Counted from the first letter of the stretch, positions 39,680-49,337 are shown. The stretch: DNA of 64,000 nucleotides from Minisyncoccota bacterium (GCA_041389065.1 JAWKSM010000003.1:17595-81594), one strand, 5' to 3'. Made by a program: numbers and translations. Notes: generated by a model from the letters alone, not told the origin.

Positions 39680-41482
39680 CTAATTTCCGTCTCCTGATTT
39701 CATCATCTTCAAGAAAACATCTTGAGGAATATTTACTTTACCCATTCCCGCCATTTTCTTTTTACCTTTCTTTTGTTTTTCTCGGAGCTTCATTTTTCTA
39801 GTAATGTCTCCACCGTACATGTGCTGAGTCACATCTTTTCTAAAAGCTTTAACGGTCGCAGAAGCAATTATTCTTCCCAAAGCTTTTCCTTGGATTTTCA
39901 TTTCAAACATTTGTCTTGGCAAAATTTTATGCAATTTTTCTACAGCTTTTTCGGCTTCTTCATTTGCTCGACGTCTTGATATTACTCGACAAAAAGCTAA
40001 AACAGGTTCATCTGCAACCAAAATATCCAAACGAGTTACGTCGGCTGGTCTATCATCTGCAATCTCGTAAGAAATAGAAGCATATCCAGAAGAAGTACTT
40101 TTTAAATTGTCGAAAAAGTTTCTCATAAGTTCACGAAGTGGCATTTCAACAGAAAGCGAAGTTCTGTCTCCAAAATTTTCAATCTCTTTTGCCTCACCTT
40201 CGTGTTCAAAAAGAAGTTGCATAATAGCACCAACATATTCAGTTGGAGAAATTATCTTAAGCAAAACCCAAGGCTCTAAAACCTGTGTTGTCTCGCCGTC
40301 ATTTGGAAAATGGTGTGGCGAATAAATCATCTCTTCTTTTCCGTTTTTGTATTTTACTTTGTATGTAATAGACGGAGTTGTTACAACCAAAGAAAGATTA
40401 AATTCTCTTTTTATTCTTTCAGTAATAATTTCAAGGTGAAGCATTCCCAAAAACCCACATCGAAAACCACGCCCAAGCGCTCCAGAAGATTCTTCTTCAT
40501 AGGTAAGCGAAGAATCAGAGAGTTTTAATTTTCCAAGAGAAGCTTTCAGTTCTTCAAAATCATCTTGGCTTTCTGGATAAAGTGAAGCCCAAACAACCGG
40601 CGAAGGATTCATATACCCAGGCAAAGCTGGCAGAACTTTTTTCTCAAGAGTTATGGTGTCTCCAACAGAAGCAACACCCGGCTTTTTAATCCCAGTCACA
40701 ATATATCCAATCTCTCCAGCAGATATTTTTTCTCTGGCAACAGGATCAGGAGAAAAAGTTCCAACCTCAAGAGAGATAAATTTCTCATTAGCACCATGGA
40801 ATTTCAAAGAAGTGTTTTTTGTAATTTCTCCATCGATTACACGAACATAAACAATCACACCTTTGTGGTTTGAATATTCAAAATCAAAAACAAGAGCTCT
40901 AAATCCATCAGAGTCTGGCAAAAGCTCTTTTGGTGGCGGAATTTCTTTTACAACACGTTCTAAAAGTTCCGGAACACCTTCACCTGTTTTTCCAGAAACG
41001 CACATAACTGAATCTTCAGAGACCCCCAAAAGAAGCGCGACTTCTGTTTTCACTTCGTCTACTCGTGCCAAGGGCGAATCAATTTTTGACAAAACTGGAA
41101 TAATTTTTAAACCTCCTTTTTGAGCCATACCGAGCGTCGTAAAAGTTTGAGCTTGTACACCTTGAGTCGAATCAACCAAAAGTATCGAACCCTCCACAGC
41201 TTTTAGCGCACGAGAAACCTCGTAAGAGAAGTCGATGTGCCCTGGAGTATCGATAAGGTTTAAAACATAATCTTTTCCTTCAGACTTGAAGTTCATTCGA
41301 ACTGGTTGCATTTTTATCGTAATACCGCGTTCTTGTTCAAGCTCCATTTTGTCCAAAACCTGAGCGCGCATTTTTCGAGCTTCAATCGTGTTTGTAACCT
41401 CAAGCATTCGATCTGCTAGAGTCGATTTTCCGTGATCAATATGGGCGATAATTGAGAAATTTCTTATATTTTCTAGATTCAT
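39680..41482 (-). CDS. lepA: elongation factor 4
   Basis: IIAHIDHGKSTLADR...DTPGHIDF, the LepA-specific C-terminal domain, and 600 aa. Confidence 0.95.
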   Translation of the reverse strand: MNLENIRNFSIIAHIDHGKSTLADRMLEVTNTIEARKMRAQVLDKMELEQERGITIKMQPVRMNFKSEGKDYVLNLIDTPGHIDFSYEVSRALKAVEGSILLVDSTQGVQAQTFTTLGMAQKGGLKIIPVLSKIDSPLARVDEVKTEVALLLGVSEDSVMCVSGKTGEGVPELLERVVKEIPPPKELLPDSDGFRALVFDFEYSNHKGVIVYVRVIDGEITKNTSLKFHGANEKFISLEVGTFSPDPVAREKISAGEIGYIVTGIKKPGVASVGDTITLEKKVLPALPGYMNPSPVVWASLYPESQDDFEELKASLGKLKLSDSSLTYEEESSGALGRGFRCGFLGMLHLEIITERIKREFNLSLVVTTPSITYKVKYKNGKEEMIYSPHHFPNDGETTQVLEPWVLLKIISPTEYVGAIMQLLFEHEGEAKEIENFGDRTSLSVEMPLRELMRNFFDNLKSTSSGYASISYEIADDRPADVTRLDILVADEPVLAFCRVISRRRANEEAEKAVEKLHKILPRQMFEMKIQGKALGRIIASATVKAFRKDVTQHMYGGDITRKMKLREKQKKGKKKMAGMGKVNIPQDVFLKMMKSGDGN

Positions 41483-41576
41483 AAGATATTACAGATATTA
41501 CCAGAGAAATGTAAAAAGAAAAGCGATTTTGGCCCTGGACTTCTATTTTTTATTTTTTCTGGCATAATTTGCCTAT

Positions 41577-43046
41577 ATGCCAAATATTCAAGATATTTTC
41601 GATTCATTTCCTAAAAAAATGACCTTGTCAGAAGGTGATAAAAATTGGATTACAAAAGCGTTCAATTTTGCAGAAAAATCACACAAGGGACAAACAAGAG
41701 CAAGCGGTGAACCATATTTCAACCACGTTTTTGAAGTTGCAAAAACTTTAGCAAAACTTGGAATGGATGCAAAAACGGTTGTGGCGGGAATTTTGCACGA
41801 CACAATAGAAGACACTCCAGCAACAGAAGAAGATATCGAAGAAGAATTTGGAAAAGAAGTTTTGTTTTTGGTAAATGGTGTTACAAAACTTGGAACTCTA
41901 AAATACAGAGGACGTGAAAGACACGTTGAATCTTTAAGAAAGTTTTTTATAGCGATGGCAGAAGATGTCAGAGTTATTATCATCAAACTTGCTGACAGAC
42001 TTCACAATGTCTCAACTTTAAAATATCTAAAACCAGAAAAAGCAAAACGAATAGCGCTCGAAACTATCGAGATCCACGCGCCACTTGCCAACAGACTTGG
42101 TATGTGGAAATTAAAAGGTCAGCTTGAAGACTTTGCCTTCCCTTTTGCTTTTCCAAAAGAAGCCGAAGACTTGGATAAAATTTTAAAAACAAAAAGCAAA
42201 GCAGATCAAAAATATCTTGACCAAGTTTATAAATCTTTGCAAAAAGAACTTGTAAAAAACAACGTAAAGACAATCGAGATAAGTTATCGAGTAAAAGGTT
42301 TGTATAGTTTATACAAAAAACTTCAAGATAAAAATATGGATATAGACAAGATTTTTGATCTTGTTGCACTTCGAGTTATTGTGCCGACTGTGGAAGATTG
42401 CTACAGAGTTCTTGGGATTATTCATGGATCTTGGACACCAATCCCTGGAAGGATAAAAGATTTTATCGCTCTTCCAAAACCAAACGGATACAAAAGTCTT
42501 CACACAACAATCTTCACAGGAAATGGTGGAATTGCGGAAATTCAAATCAGAACGCCGGAAATGCACGAACAAGCCGAACACGGAGTTGCTTCATATTTTG
42601 CTTATAAGGAAAATGTCTTTGACGGAAATGAAGGAAATTCAAGTCTTGGTTGGATTGAACAATTTAAAGAATTACAAAAAAATGTTTCGAACCCAGACAA
42701 CTTTTTGAAAAATCTAAAAATTGATTTCTTTTCAAAAAGAATTTTCGTTTTCACGCCACAAGGTGATGTTATTGATCTTCCAGATGAATCAAACGCTATC
42801 GACCTGGCATATGCTGTTCACTCAGATATTGGAAATCACATAACTGGCGCGAGAATAAATGGAAAATTTACGAGTATGTATACCAAGTTAAAAAACGGAG
42901 ATATTGTTGAAATTGATACAAGCGACAAGTCACATCCAACAAGTAAATGGCTCGACACAGCAAAAACAACTCTAGCAAGACGACATATTAAAAAATATCT
43001 CGACGACAATAGTTTGATAAACAAATTTATGAACAAGTTTAAATAG
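41577..43046 (+). CDS. rel: bifunctional (p)ppGpp synthetase/hydrolase (RelA/SpoT homolog)
   Basis: HD domain (HDTIEDT), synthetase region (ALRVIV...YKSLHTTI...EIQIRT), and TGS domain (FVFTPQGDVIDLP). Confidence 0.9.
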   Translation: MPNIQDIFDSFPKKMTLSEGDKNWITKAFNFAEKSHKGQTRASGEPYFNHVFEVAKTLAKLGMDAKTVVAGILHDTIEDTPATEEDIEEEFGKEVLFLVNGVTKLGTLKYRGRERHVESLRKFFIAMAEDVRVIIIKLADRLHNVSTLKYLKPEKAKRIALETIEIHAPLANRLGMWKLKGQLEDFAFPFAFPKEAEDLDKILKTKSKADQKYLDQVYKSLQKELVKNNVKTIEISYRVKGLYSLYKKLQDKNMDIDKIFDLVALRVIVPTVEDCYRVLGIIHGSWTPIPGRIKDFIALPKPNGYKSLHTTIFTGNGGIAEIQIRTPEMHEQAEHGVASYFAYKENVFDGNEGNSSLGWIEQFKELQKNVSNPDNFLKNLKIDFFSKRIFVFTPQGDVIDLPDESNAIDLAYAVHSDIGNHITGARINGKFTSMYTKLKNGDIVEIDTSDKSHPTSKWLDTAKTTLARRHIKKYLDDNSLINKFMNKFK

Positions 43047-43085
43047 AGCTTACCCTGGGGTAAGCTCTATTTATATACAGAGGAG

Positions 43086-43538
43086 TCACCTCCTCATTGG
43101 TTCATCTAGTATCTCCTTGAAGTATGGCAGATCTCTCGTTTCTACAACAATACCACTTTCTTCATAGGGGCGCTTTTCTTCCGGATATAACGGAAGTGCG
43201 GACAATAAGTACATCAACTCATCTGGCATGGACTTGCGTGTAGCCAACACACCATCAAAGTATGAAAGATCGAAATCAAGATCGTTCAGCACCTTCATAA
43301 CCGCTTCATGTTTCTCCAGACTAAAAAGTCGGAAATGCACGGGAGAAACGGTGTGGAAATAGAATCCCTCTGGAGATATTAGGATTCTATCATCATACCC
43401 ATCACAGAGCATGATTCTGTCCTTCCTTCCAGCCTCCAAGTGATACATTGCTCCACCATCACGGTATTTGATATCAAGAGCATTACAGATAGAGTAAATA
43501 TCTCCCGCGGAAACAGAAATCAGGCTTCTCTTTTTCAT
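43086..43538 (-). CDS. hypothetical protein (GC-rich orphan)
   Basis: 150-aa ORF with GC-richer composition and no recognised motif. Confidence 0.55.
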   Translation of the reverse strand: MKKRSLISVSAGDIYSICNALDIKYRDGGAMYHLEAGRKDRIMLCDGYDDRILISPEGFYFHTVSPVHFRLFSLEKHEAVMKVLNDLDFDLSYFDGVLATRKSMPDELMYLLSALPLYPEEKRPYEESGIVVETRDLPYFKEILDEPMRR

Positions 43539-43647
43539 GACGTTAAGGTTTGTCTTGTTTAGGCTAAAGATTATATTTATTAAGCAATTTTGTCAATAAT
43601 TACAGAGCCGGCGCAAAGAGGGTGCGCGCCTTTTAAAGTTTAAAAAC

Positions 43648-44727
43648 CTAAACAGAAAAATTTGAAATATTATACAAATCTGCATCTTCTTCGGATTTTT
43701 CAATTTCTTCTTTTGATCTGTCGTCTAAAAGCTCAATTTCTTTTTCTTCAGATTCTGGCTCTTGTTCAAGTGGAGTATTTTCTGTCGCGCTTTCAGAAGA
43801 GTTCAGGACCTCAGAATCTTGGGAAACTTCAGAGTTTTGTGGACTTTCCACTTCTGTCTTTGCAATATGATTCTGCAGAAGATGGTTTTTCCCAAGACTT
43901 GGTTTTGACTGAATTGTCTCTAAAATTGTTCGAAGATCTTCTTCCGAAAAGAAATCAATTGTAATTTTTCCGCCACCTTCTTTTTTATTTATATAAACTC
44001 TTGTTCCCAAAGTTTCTTGAAGCTTGTTTTGCATTTCTTCAATCTCTGGGTCTGGCAATGTGTCTTTTTTGCGAACACGGTCTGTGGCAATCTCTCTCGC
44101 AATTCTTTCTGCTTCACGAACGGTTATTTTCTTGTAAACAATCTCTTTAAACAAAACAGCTTGTTCATCTGGACGATCCGAGAGCATTAGAAGAGGTCTT
44201 GTATGACCTTCACTAATTTTCCCTTGACTAAGTCCGTCTAAAATCTCTTGAGGCATTTGAAGAAGTCTCAAAGAGTTTGAAACATATTCTCGACTCTTCC
44301 CCACTTTTTTCCCAATTTCTTTGTGAGATAAATTAAATTCTGTGTGAAGTCTCAAAAAAGAACGCGCTCTGTCTATTGGATTTAGATCTTCACGTTGCAA
44401 GTTTTCGATAATAGCAAGTTCAAGCTTCATCATCGGGTCTTGATCTTTTCGAATAACTGCAGGAACTTGTAAAAGCCCAGCAAGCTTTGAAGCTCGAAGC
44501 CTTCTTTCTCCGGCAATAAGTTCGTATTCCACAGCAATTCCGCCGTCTGGTTTTTCGTGCTCGACTCTAGTAACAACAAGTGGCTGCAAAACTCCGTATT
44601 GGCGAATAGAATCTGCCAAATCTTTTAGTCTTGCTTCATCAAATTCACGTCTTGGTTGATAAGGGTTTGGATTAATTTTTTGAACATCAATAAAAAATAT
44701 TGAATCGCTGTATAATTCTGATTGCAT
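43648..44727 (-). CDS. parB: chromosome partitioning protein ParB/Spo0J with an acidic C-terminal tail
   Basis: GVLQPLVV...LIAGERRLRASKLAG is the ParB box, followed by an HTH and a Glu/Ser-rich tail. Confidence 0.9.
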   Translation of the reverse strand: MQSELYSDSIFFIDVQKINPNPYQPRREFDEARLKDLADSIRQYGVLQPLVVTRVEHEKPDGGIAVEYELIAGERRLRASKLAGLLQVPAVIRKDQDPMMKLELAIIENLQREDLNPIDRARSFLRLHTEFNLSHKEIGKKVGKSREYVSNSLRLLQMPQEILDGLSQGKISEGHTRPLLMLSDRPDEQAVLFKEIVYKKITVREAERIAREIATDRVRKKDTLPDPEIEEMQNKLQETLGTRVYINKKEGGGKITIDFFSEEDLRTILETIQSKPSLGKNHLLQNHIAKTEVESPQNSEVSQDSEVLNSSESATENTPLEQEPESEEKEIELLDDRSKEEIEKSEEDADLYNISNFSV

Positions 44728-44834
44728 GTTGATATTTTAACATAAAAGAAGGTTTGATTAAATTGGGGATTCTTTGTGAAAGATGCAAAATAAAAAGCCA
44801 AAACGCTAACCGCATTTTGGTCTAATATTTTATG

Positions 44835-44922
44835 TGCCGGAAGAGAGAATCGAACTCTCACATCTTGCGATACACGATTTTGAGTTGCGTCTACCGCTGT
44901 ATTCAAATTGCGCCATTCCGGC
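44835..44922 (-). pseudogene. degenerate tRNA-Leu(CAA) paralog (D-loop insertion, broken anticodon stem)
   Basis: The 3' 54 nt are identical to the neighbouring tRNA-Leu. The 5' part reads GCCGGAATGGCG-CAATTTGAATACAGC-GGTAGACGCAA, so the 5' strand of the anticodon stem is lost. Confidence 0.7.
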
Positions 44923-44944
44923 AATTTAACGATTTTTTAATTTG

Positions 44945-45026
44945 TGCCGGAAGAGAGAATCGAACTCTCACATCTTGCGATACACGATTTTGAGTCGTGC
45001 GCGTCTACCAATTCCGCCATTCCGGC
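44945..45026 (-). tRNA. tRNA-Leu (CAA)
   Basis: GCCGGAATGGCGGAATTGGTAGACGCG... The anticodon arm is CACGA-CTCAAAA-TCGTG. It has a long variable arm and the T-arm GAGAGTTCGATTCTCTC. Confidence 0.9.
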
Positions 45027-45096
45027 AACACCTTATTAAATTTTGATTAACAAAACAATATTACTTTAAGTTTAGGTTATTGTCTAGAAAAAAGTA

Positions 45097-45124
45097 GGGC
45101 TCGGTCACCTGCGTAACCGAGCCC
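45097..45124 (-). terminator. intrinsic terminator on the minus strand
   Basis: GGGCTCGGT-(10-nt loop)-ACCGAGCCC, followed on the minus strand by CTACTTTTTT. Confidence 0.7.
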
Positions 45125-45327
45125 CTGACACCATGTGAACTAAACCACCAAACCACAAAACACACGGCATCGAGTACGACGTACCTGAGGCCTAGCCGTA
45201 CCTGTGCTTTTCCTCATCAGCAATTGCCCTGTTCTCGGTCTTACCGAAAGCAATCACCAACCTGGAAGAAGCGTTTCTCTTTCACAAGATTACAAATATA
45301 TCGAAATAAAGTCAAGTAAAAACATAA

Positions 45328-45354
45328 GCACCCACGCAATTCTTGCGTGGGTGC
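45328..45354 (-). terminator. 12-bp perfect hairpin; candidate minus-strand terminator or processing site
   Basis: GCACCCACGCAA-TTC-TTGCGTGGGTGC. On the minus strand TTATGTTTTTA follows. Confidence 0.5.
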
Positions 45355-45831
45355 TCTTCCGTCGACATGAAGTCGACAAGGTTTCGCCAGGTGTGTGGTA
45401 ACACTCTGCGGAGACCTTATTACGGATGTGTAGGTGGTAGAATGACCACCAAGGCATTTGGCACCTTACAGGGCGCCCCCATAAAAAATGTACGACTTGT
45501 TGTTTGAACAATAAATGATCAGCCTCATCTTGAAAACGTAATAACCAGAGAAAACACCGGCTTGCACACAGACAGCAGGTTTGTACTTGATAAGTTTGCT
45601 GCGGTCGTGCACTTACTTTGTTTTTCGAACTGGCGAGAACAATCCAGACCCGGTAAAGGTTTGTTAGTGACGTCGTCTTAGTGAGCGTTTGCTCGAGCGA
45701 CCCATTTCACTTCATTTTTTCGGGTTTGTGTTCTGCTGGAGATCTTGATGAAGAGATCAAATCGGTTCGAATCAATTATTTCATATTTGTCTGACATTTG
45801 TCAAGCACTTTAAAATCTGTATTATAAAAAC

Positions 45832-46659
45832 ATGTTAAAACCCAAGATATACGTAGTTTGTGGACCAACAGCCACAGGAAAATCAGATCACGCTGTAGAA
45901 CTCGCACTTAAAGTAAACGGCGAAATTATTTCCGCCGATTCTCGCCAGGTCTATCGCGGGATGGATATTGGAAGCGGGAAAATAATCGAGGAAGAAATGA
46001 AAGGCGTTCCTCACCATATGCTGAATATAAAAAACCCAGATGAAGATTTTTCTGTCGAAGAATTCCAAAGACTATCTTTTGAAAAAATTGAAGATATTGT
46101 CTCTCGCGGAAAAACTCCAATACTTTGCGGCGGTACAGGTTTCTATATCCAATCAATCACAGAGAATATAATTTTTGAAAATATTCCAAAAAACCAAAAA
46201 CTCCGAGACGAACTCGAAGAAAAAAGTGTCGAAGAGCTTAAAGAAACTTTAGCTAAATTCCCTATCGAAAAAGGTGCAAAAGTAGACACAGAAAACAAAC
46301 GCCGACTGATCCGTGCAATAGAAATCGGCACGCACATGGGAAAAATTGCCTGCATTAAAAAGGGTCCGGAAAAATACGACTTTGAATTTATCTACCTCGA
46401 CTTCCCTGACGAAGTTTTAAAGGAAAGAATAAATATTCGTCTTCAAAAAAGATTTGAAGCTGGAATGATAGACGAAGTTAGAAATCTTCATGAAAAGGGT
46501 CTAAGTTGGAAAAAACTCGAAGACTTTGGTTTGGAATACAAATACATCGCAGAATTTCTGCAAAACAAAATTTCCGAAAAAGACCTCCACGAAATCCTAA
46601 AAACAAAAATCTGGCAATATGCGAAAAGACAGAGGACGTGGTTTAAGAAATATTTATAA
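45832..46659 (+). CDS. miaA: tRNA dimethylallyltransferase
   Basis: VVCGPTATGKS (P-loop) and ISADSRQVYRGMDIGSGK. Confidence 0.9.
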   Translation: MLKPKIYVVCGPTATGKSDHAVELALKVNGEIISADSRQVYRGMDIGSGKIIEEEMKGVPHHMLNIKNPDEDFSVEEFQRLSFEKIEDIVSRGKTPILCGGTGFYIQSITENIIFENIPKNQKLRDELEEKSVEELKETLAKFPIEKGAKVDTENKRRLIRAIEIGTHMGKIACIKKGPEKYDFEFIYLDFPDEVLKERINIRLQKRFEAGMIDEVRNLHEKGLSWKKLEDFGLEYKYIAEFLQNKISEKDLHEILKTKIWQYAKRQRTWFKKYL

Positions 46660-47119
46660 AATATTTTTCTTTTTTTATAATTTTATTAATTTGATTGGCG
46701 GCAAAAGAAAGATCTTTGATTGATGGCAAATCTTTATATCCCCTCAATATTGATAATATAAAATCATCCTTAAAATATTCCATTGATTTATTTTTAAAAT
46801 ATGGGTTTATCTTTTCTATAGGATTAAGCACTTTTTGTTCTAAATTAAGATTATTAATTTTATTATATTCTTTTACTAATTTAATTAAATCGTGTCCGAA
46901 ATTTTTTATTTTCTTTTTAGAATAACCCTTAGAAAGTAAAATTGATTTCAAACCAAGCTCTATAGATACACATAATAAATAAAAATTTACTATGTGTATC
47001 TCAGTTTTAGGGTGATAATTATTAGAAGACCCCAAGAAATCTTCTGAAAGCCTGGCAAGTGCATAAGGAACGATATTTAAACGAACTACTGGCATTTTTA
47101 AAATAACATCCTTTTTCAT
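46643..47119 (-). CDS. HEPN-like domain protein
   Basis: All-helical, 158 aa. LLCVSIELGLKSILLSKGYSKKKIKNFGHDLIKLVKEY resembles the HEPN pattern E.aLKa.l...G....k..HdL..L. No canonical Rx4-6H motif is present. Confidence 0.5.
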   Translation of the reverse strand: MKKDVILKMPVVRLNIVPYALARLSEDFLGSSNNYHPKTEIHIVNFYLLCVSIELGLKSILLSKGYSKKKIKNFGHDLIKLVKEYNKINNLNLEQKVLNPIEKINPYFKNKSMEYFKDDFILSILRGYKDLPSIKDLSFAANQINKIIKKEKYFINIS

Positions 47120-47131
47120 ACTATATAGAAA

Positions 47132-47416
47132 TTACACCTTTAAGTACTCTTTTTGAAATCTTTTTATTGCCTCTTTTGTTTTAAGTATAATTATAGCCAC
47201 AACATCCTCTTCTCTTTTAAAAGATAGAGATATCTCAGGTTTTATATTAAAAAATCTAGCAATCTTCATAGATCTTATAGTCTCTCTATAATTCGAGTCT
47301 TCTGACAAAACAAAAACCATTGAAGATAGAACTTTAGCTTCTAGTGATTCATCATCTTTTGGATTGTTTTTACCGTTTAAAATAAAGTGTTCGTAATCTA
47401 CGTCAACCTCCCTCAA
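47132..47416 (-). CDS. small hypothetical protein upstream of the HEPN-like gene
   Basis: 94-aa ORF that is very AT-rich. The start is uncertain: a TTG lies inside a GAGGGAGG-like stretch. Confidence 0.35.
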   Translation of the reverse strand: MREVDVDYEHFILNGKNNPKDDESLEAKVLSSMVFVLSEDSNYRETIRSMKIARFFNIKPEISLSFKREEDVVAIIILKTKEAIKRFQKEYLKV

Positions 47417-47551
47417 TCTATAAATTAAATAAACTCTTGAACAAAATGCGGAATATTTTACTTTAATAAAAACATAAAATTACAAAATAATACTATATTT
47501 CATAATTGGTATATACATAGCATTTGATTTTTGAATACTTATAAATCTTTG

Positions 47552-47630
47552 CGGGCGATGGAAGAATCGAACTCCTGCCAGCGGTTTTGGAGACCGCTGT
47601 TCTACCAATAATTTTCAAAACTAATCGCCT
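47552..47630 (-). tRNA. tRNA-Trp (CCA) with an enlarged D-loop
   Basis: The anticodon arm GCGGT-CTCCAAA-ACCGC is perfect. The D region TAGTTTTGAAAATTATTGGTAGAAC is about 7 nt longer than usual. The 1-72 pair is A-C and the T-stem is imperfect. Confidence 0.65.
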
Positions 47631-48015
47631 ATGGCCCTTCTTGCAAAAATTGCATAGCAAAAAACTCCATAAGTCGGACCCCGATCAACAGACTTTCTCT
47701 GTTGATCTAAAATTCAAAGAACAAGTTATAAAATGATACAACAAAAATAAGAAAAATTTTAGGTAGAATTTAAAATCTCTTGGGATTTTTTTGATTATTT
47801 TTTAGCTTGTGCGAGGTTACGTGTTTTCGTGTTTTGTCGTATTTACGTAAAGTTTTAGCTTATCAGATTTTTGCTTCTTGTTTTTTACAGTCCCGATTAT
47901 GTGCTTTGACTGGTCGCTCTTACCTCATTAGTGTATCTCTTTTGTGACATAGTATTTTCTTTAATTACAAAAGGCATATTATCATAGAAATATAAATTCT
48001 CTTATGTAAGTCCTG

Positions 48016-48453
48016 TTAAAGTATGATGTAGATCAAAATTGGCAACATCCAAGTCGTGAAAAAATCTATCAAAGTTTTGTGGGGTTTTTGGTTGTAATAA
48101 TGAGGATGAAAGTAAAATTCTTGAACCGCCAAAGAAAGAACAACCAAAATCAGAAATGCCAAGCCGTTGAAAAAACTAAGATGGATGAACATCAGGTGCG
48201 CGACCAGAACAAGCAGTACAGAGCCCAGGAAGTGAAAAACTTGTTGCCAAAAAAGAAGTTTTGGAGATTGTAAGGAATACGTCACCAAATTTATTTTTGT
48301 TATATCGGCAAGATACTTGTAAGCTTTCTCGCCTGTTAAAATTTTTCCGTCTTGTGTTTTTTCGTTGAACGGATAAAGTCTTTCCGGAAAAGTTATTAGA
48401 TAGTCGTAGAATTTTTTAAGAGCGCTCCACATATTAAGAATTTTTTCTTCCAT
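48016..48453 (-). CDS. hypothetical membrane protein
   Basis: 145 aa with three or four hydrophobic segments in the C-terminal half. Confidence 0.5.
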   Translation of the reverse strand: MEEKILNMWSALKKFYDYLITFPERLYPFNEKTQDGKILTGEKAYKYLADITKINLVTYSLQSPKLLFWQQVFHFLGSVLLVLVAHLMFIHLSFFNGLAFLILVVLSLAVQEFYFHPHYYNQKPHKTLIDFFTTWMLPILIYIIL

Positions 48454-49175
48454 TCGTAAGCCACTATAGCGGCAGAAACAGAAGCGTTTAGAGATTCGAC
48501 ATCACGTTCCCATTGGAATTCTTAACACATAATCACAAGATTTACCGACAGAATCACGCAAACCTTTGACCTTCATTTCCGACAACAATAGCCATTGGAG
48601 AATCGTATTTTTCATCCCAGACACTTTTCCCCTCCAGAAGAATCGAGCCCTGCAACCCAAAATTTATTTTCCTTTAGTTTTTTAATAGCGTCGTTAATAT
48701 TTGAAACGATTATAATCGGAACTTTAGTGATTGTCCCTGCAGAAGTTTTGAAACTGTTCCGTTGACCGGAGCTTGGCGGTGTTTAGAAAGTATAACTCCA
48801 GAGGCGCCAGACGCAGCCGCAACACGGATAACAGCACCTACGTTGTGCGGATCTTCAAGTTCGTCCATAACAAACACAAGAGGATTTGTTTCAGGATCCA
48901 AAGTTTCAACCCAGTCATGAAATCCACGCCTTTAAATTCTTAGCTCAGCTACGACACCTTGATCGTTTACATCACCAACCAAAGATTCAAGTTTGTTTTT
49001 TGGAGATTTGATAAAAGGAATTTTGTGCTTTCGAACATAGTTTTTAAGCTCTTCAAAAACTTCATCTTTTACGGCATCGTGAACAACAACCTGCGATACG
49101 TTTTTCGGGTCGCAAAAAGAGCCTCTTCAACAGGCTTTCTTCCGTAGATATAGAAATCCTGATTTCTTTATACAT
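48440..49175 (-). pseudogene. rlmB: SpoU/TrmH-family rRNA 2'-O-methyltransferase (RlmB-like); frame-broken as sequenced
   Basis: Fragments read IYIYGRKPVEEALF, DQGVVAE, ELEDPHNVGAVIRVAAASGASGVIL and ESLNASVSAAIVAYEW, spread over several frames. The ends are approximate. Confidence 0.7.
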
Positions 49176-49254
49176 AACGACACAATACAGAAAAATTTGT
49201 TTTTTTGGCAAGGTATCATTGAAATACAATTTTATTGTTATTGTATGAAAGTTC

Positions 49255-49337
49255 GCGTCGGTGGCGGAGTGGTCAATCGCAATTGACTGTAAATCAATCG
49301 CCTTCGGGCTACGCAGGTTCGAATCCTGCTCGGCGCA
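49255..49337 (+). tRNA. tRNA-Tyr (GUA)
   Basis: GCGTCGGTGGCGGAGTGGTCAATCGC... The anticodon arm is ATTGA-CTGTAAA-TCAAT. It has a long variable arm and the T-arm GCAGGTTCGAATCCTGC. Confidence 0.9.

Noticed and set aside
45060-45830. Assignment of the ORF-free region to RNase P RNA, tmRNA or SRP RNA.
   Set aside because: The universally conserved blocks are missing (GGAAAGUCC with a pairing CCGGCUU strand, the tmRNA acceptor/CCA and tag ORF, the SRP GGAA/AGCA loops). Only partial look-alikes were seen, so the region is left unassigned.
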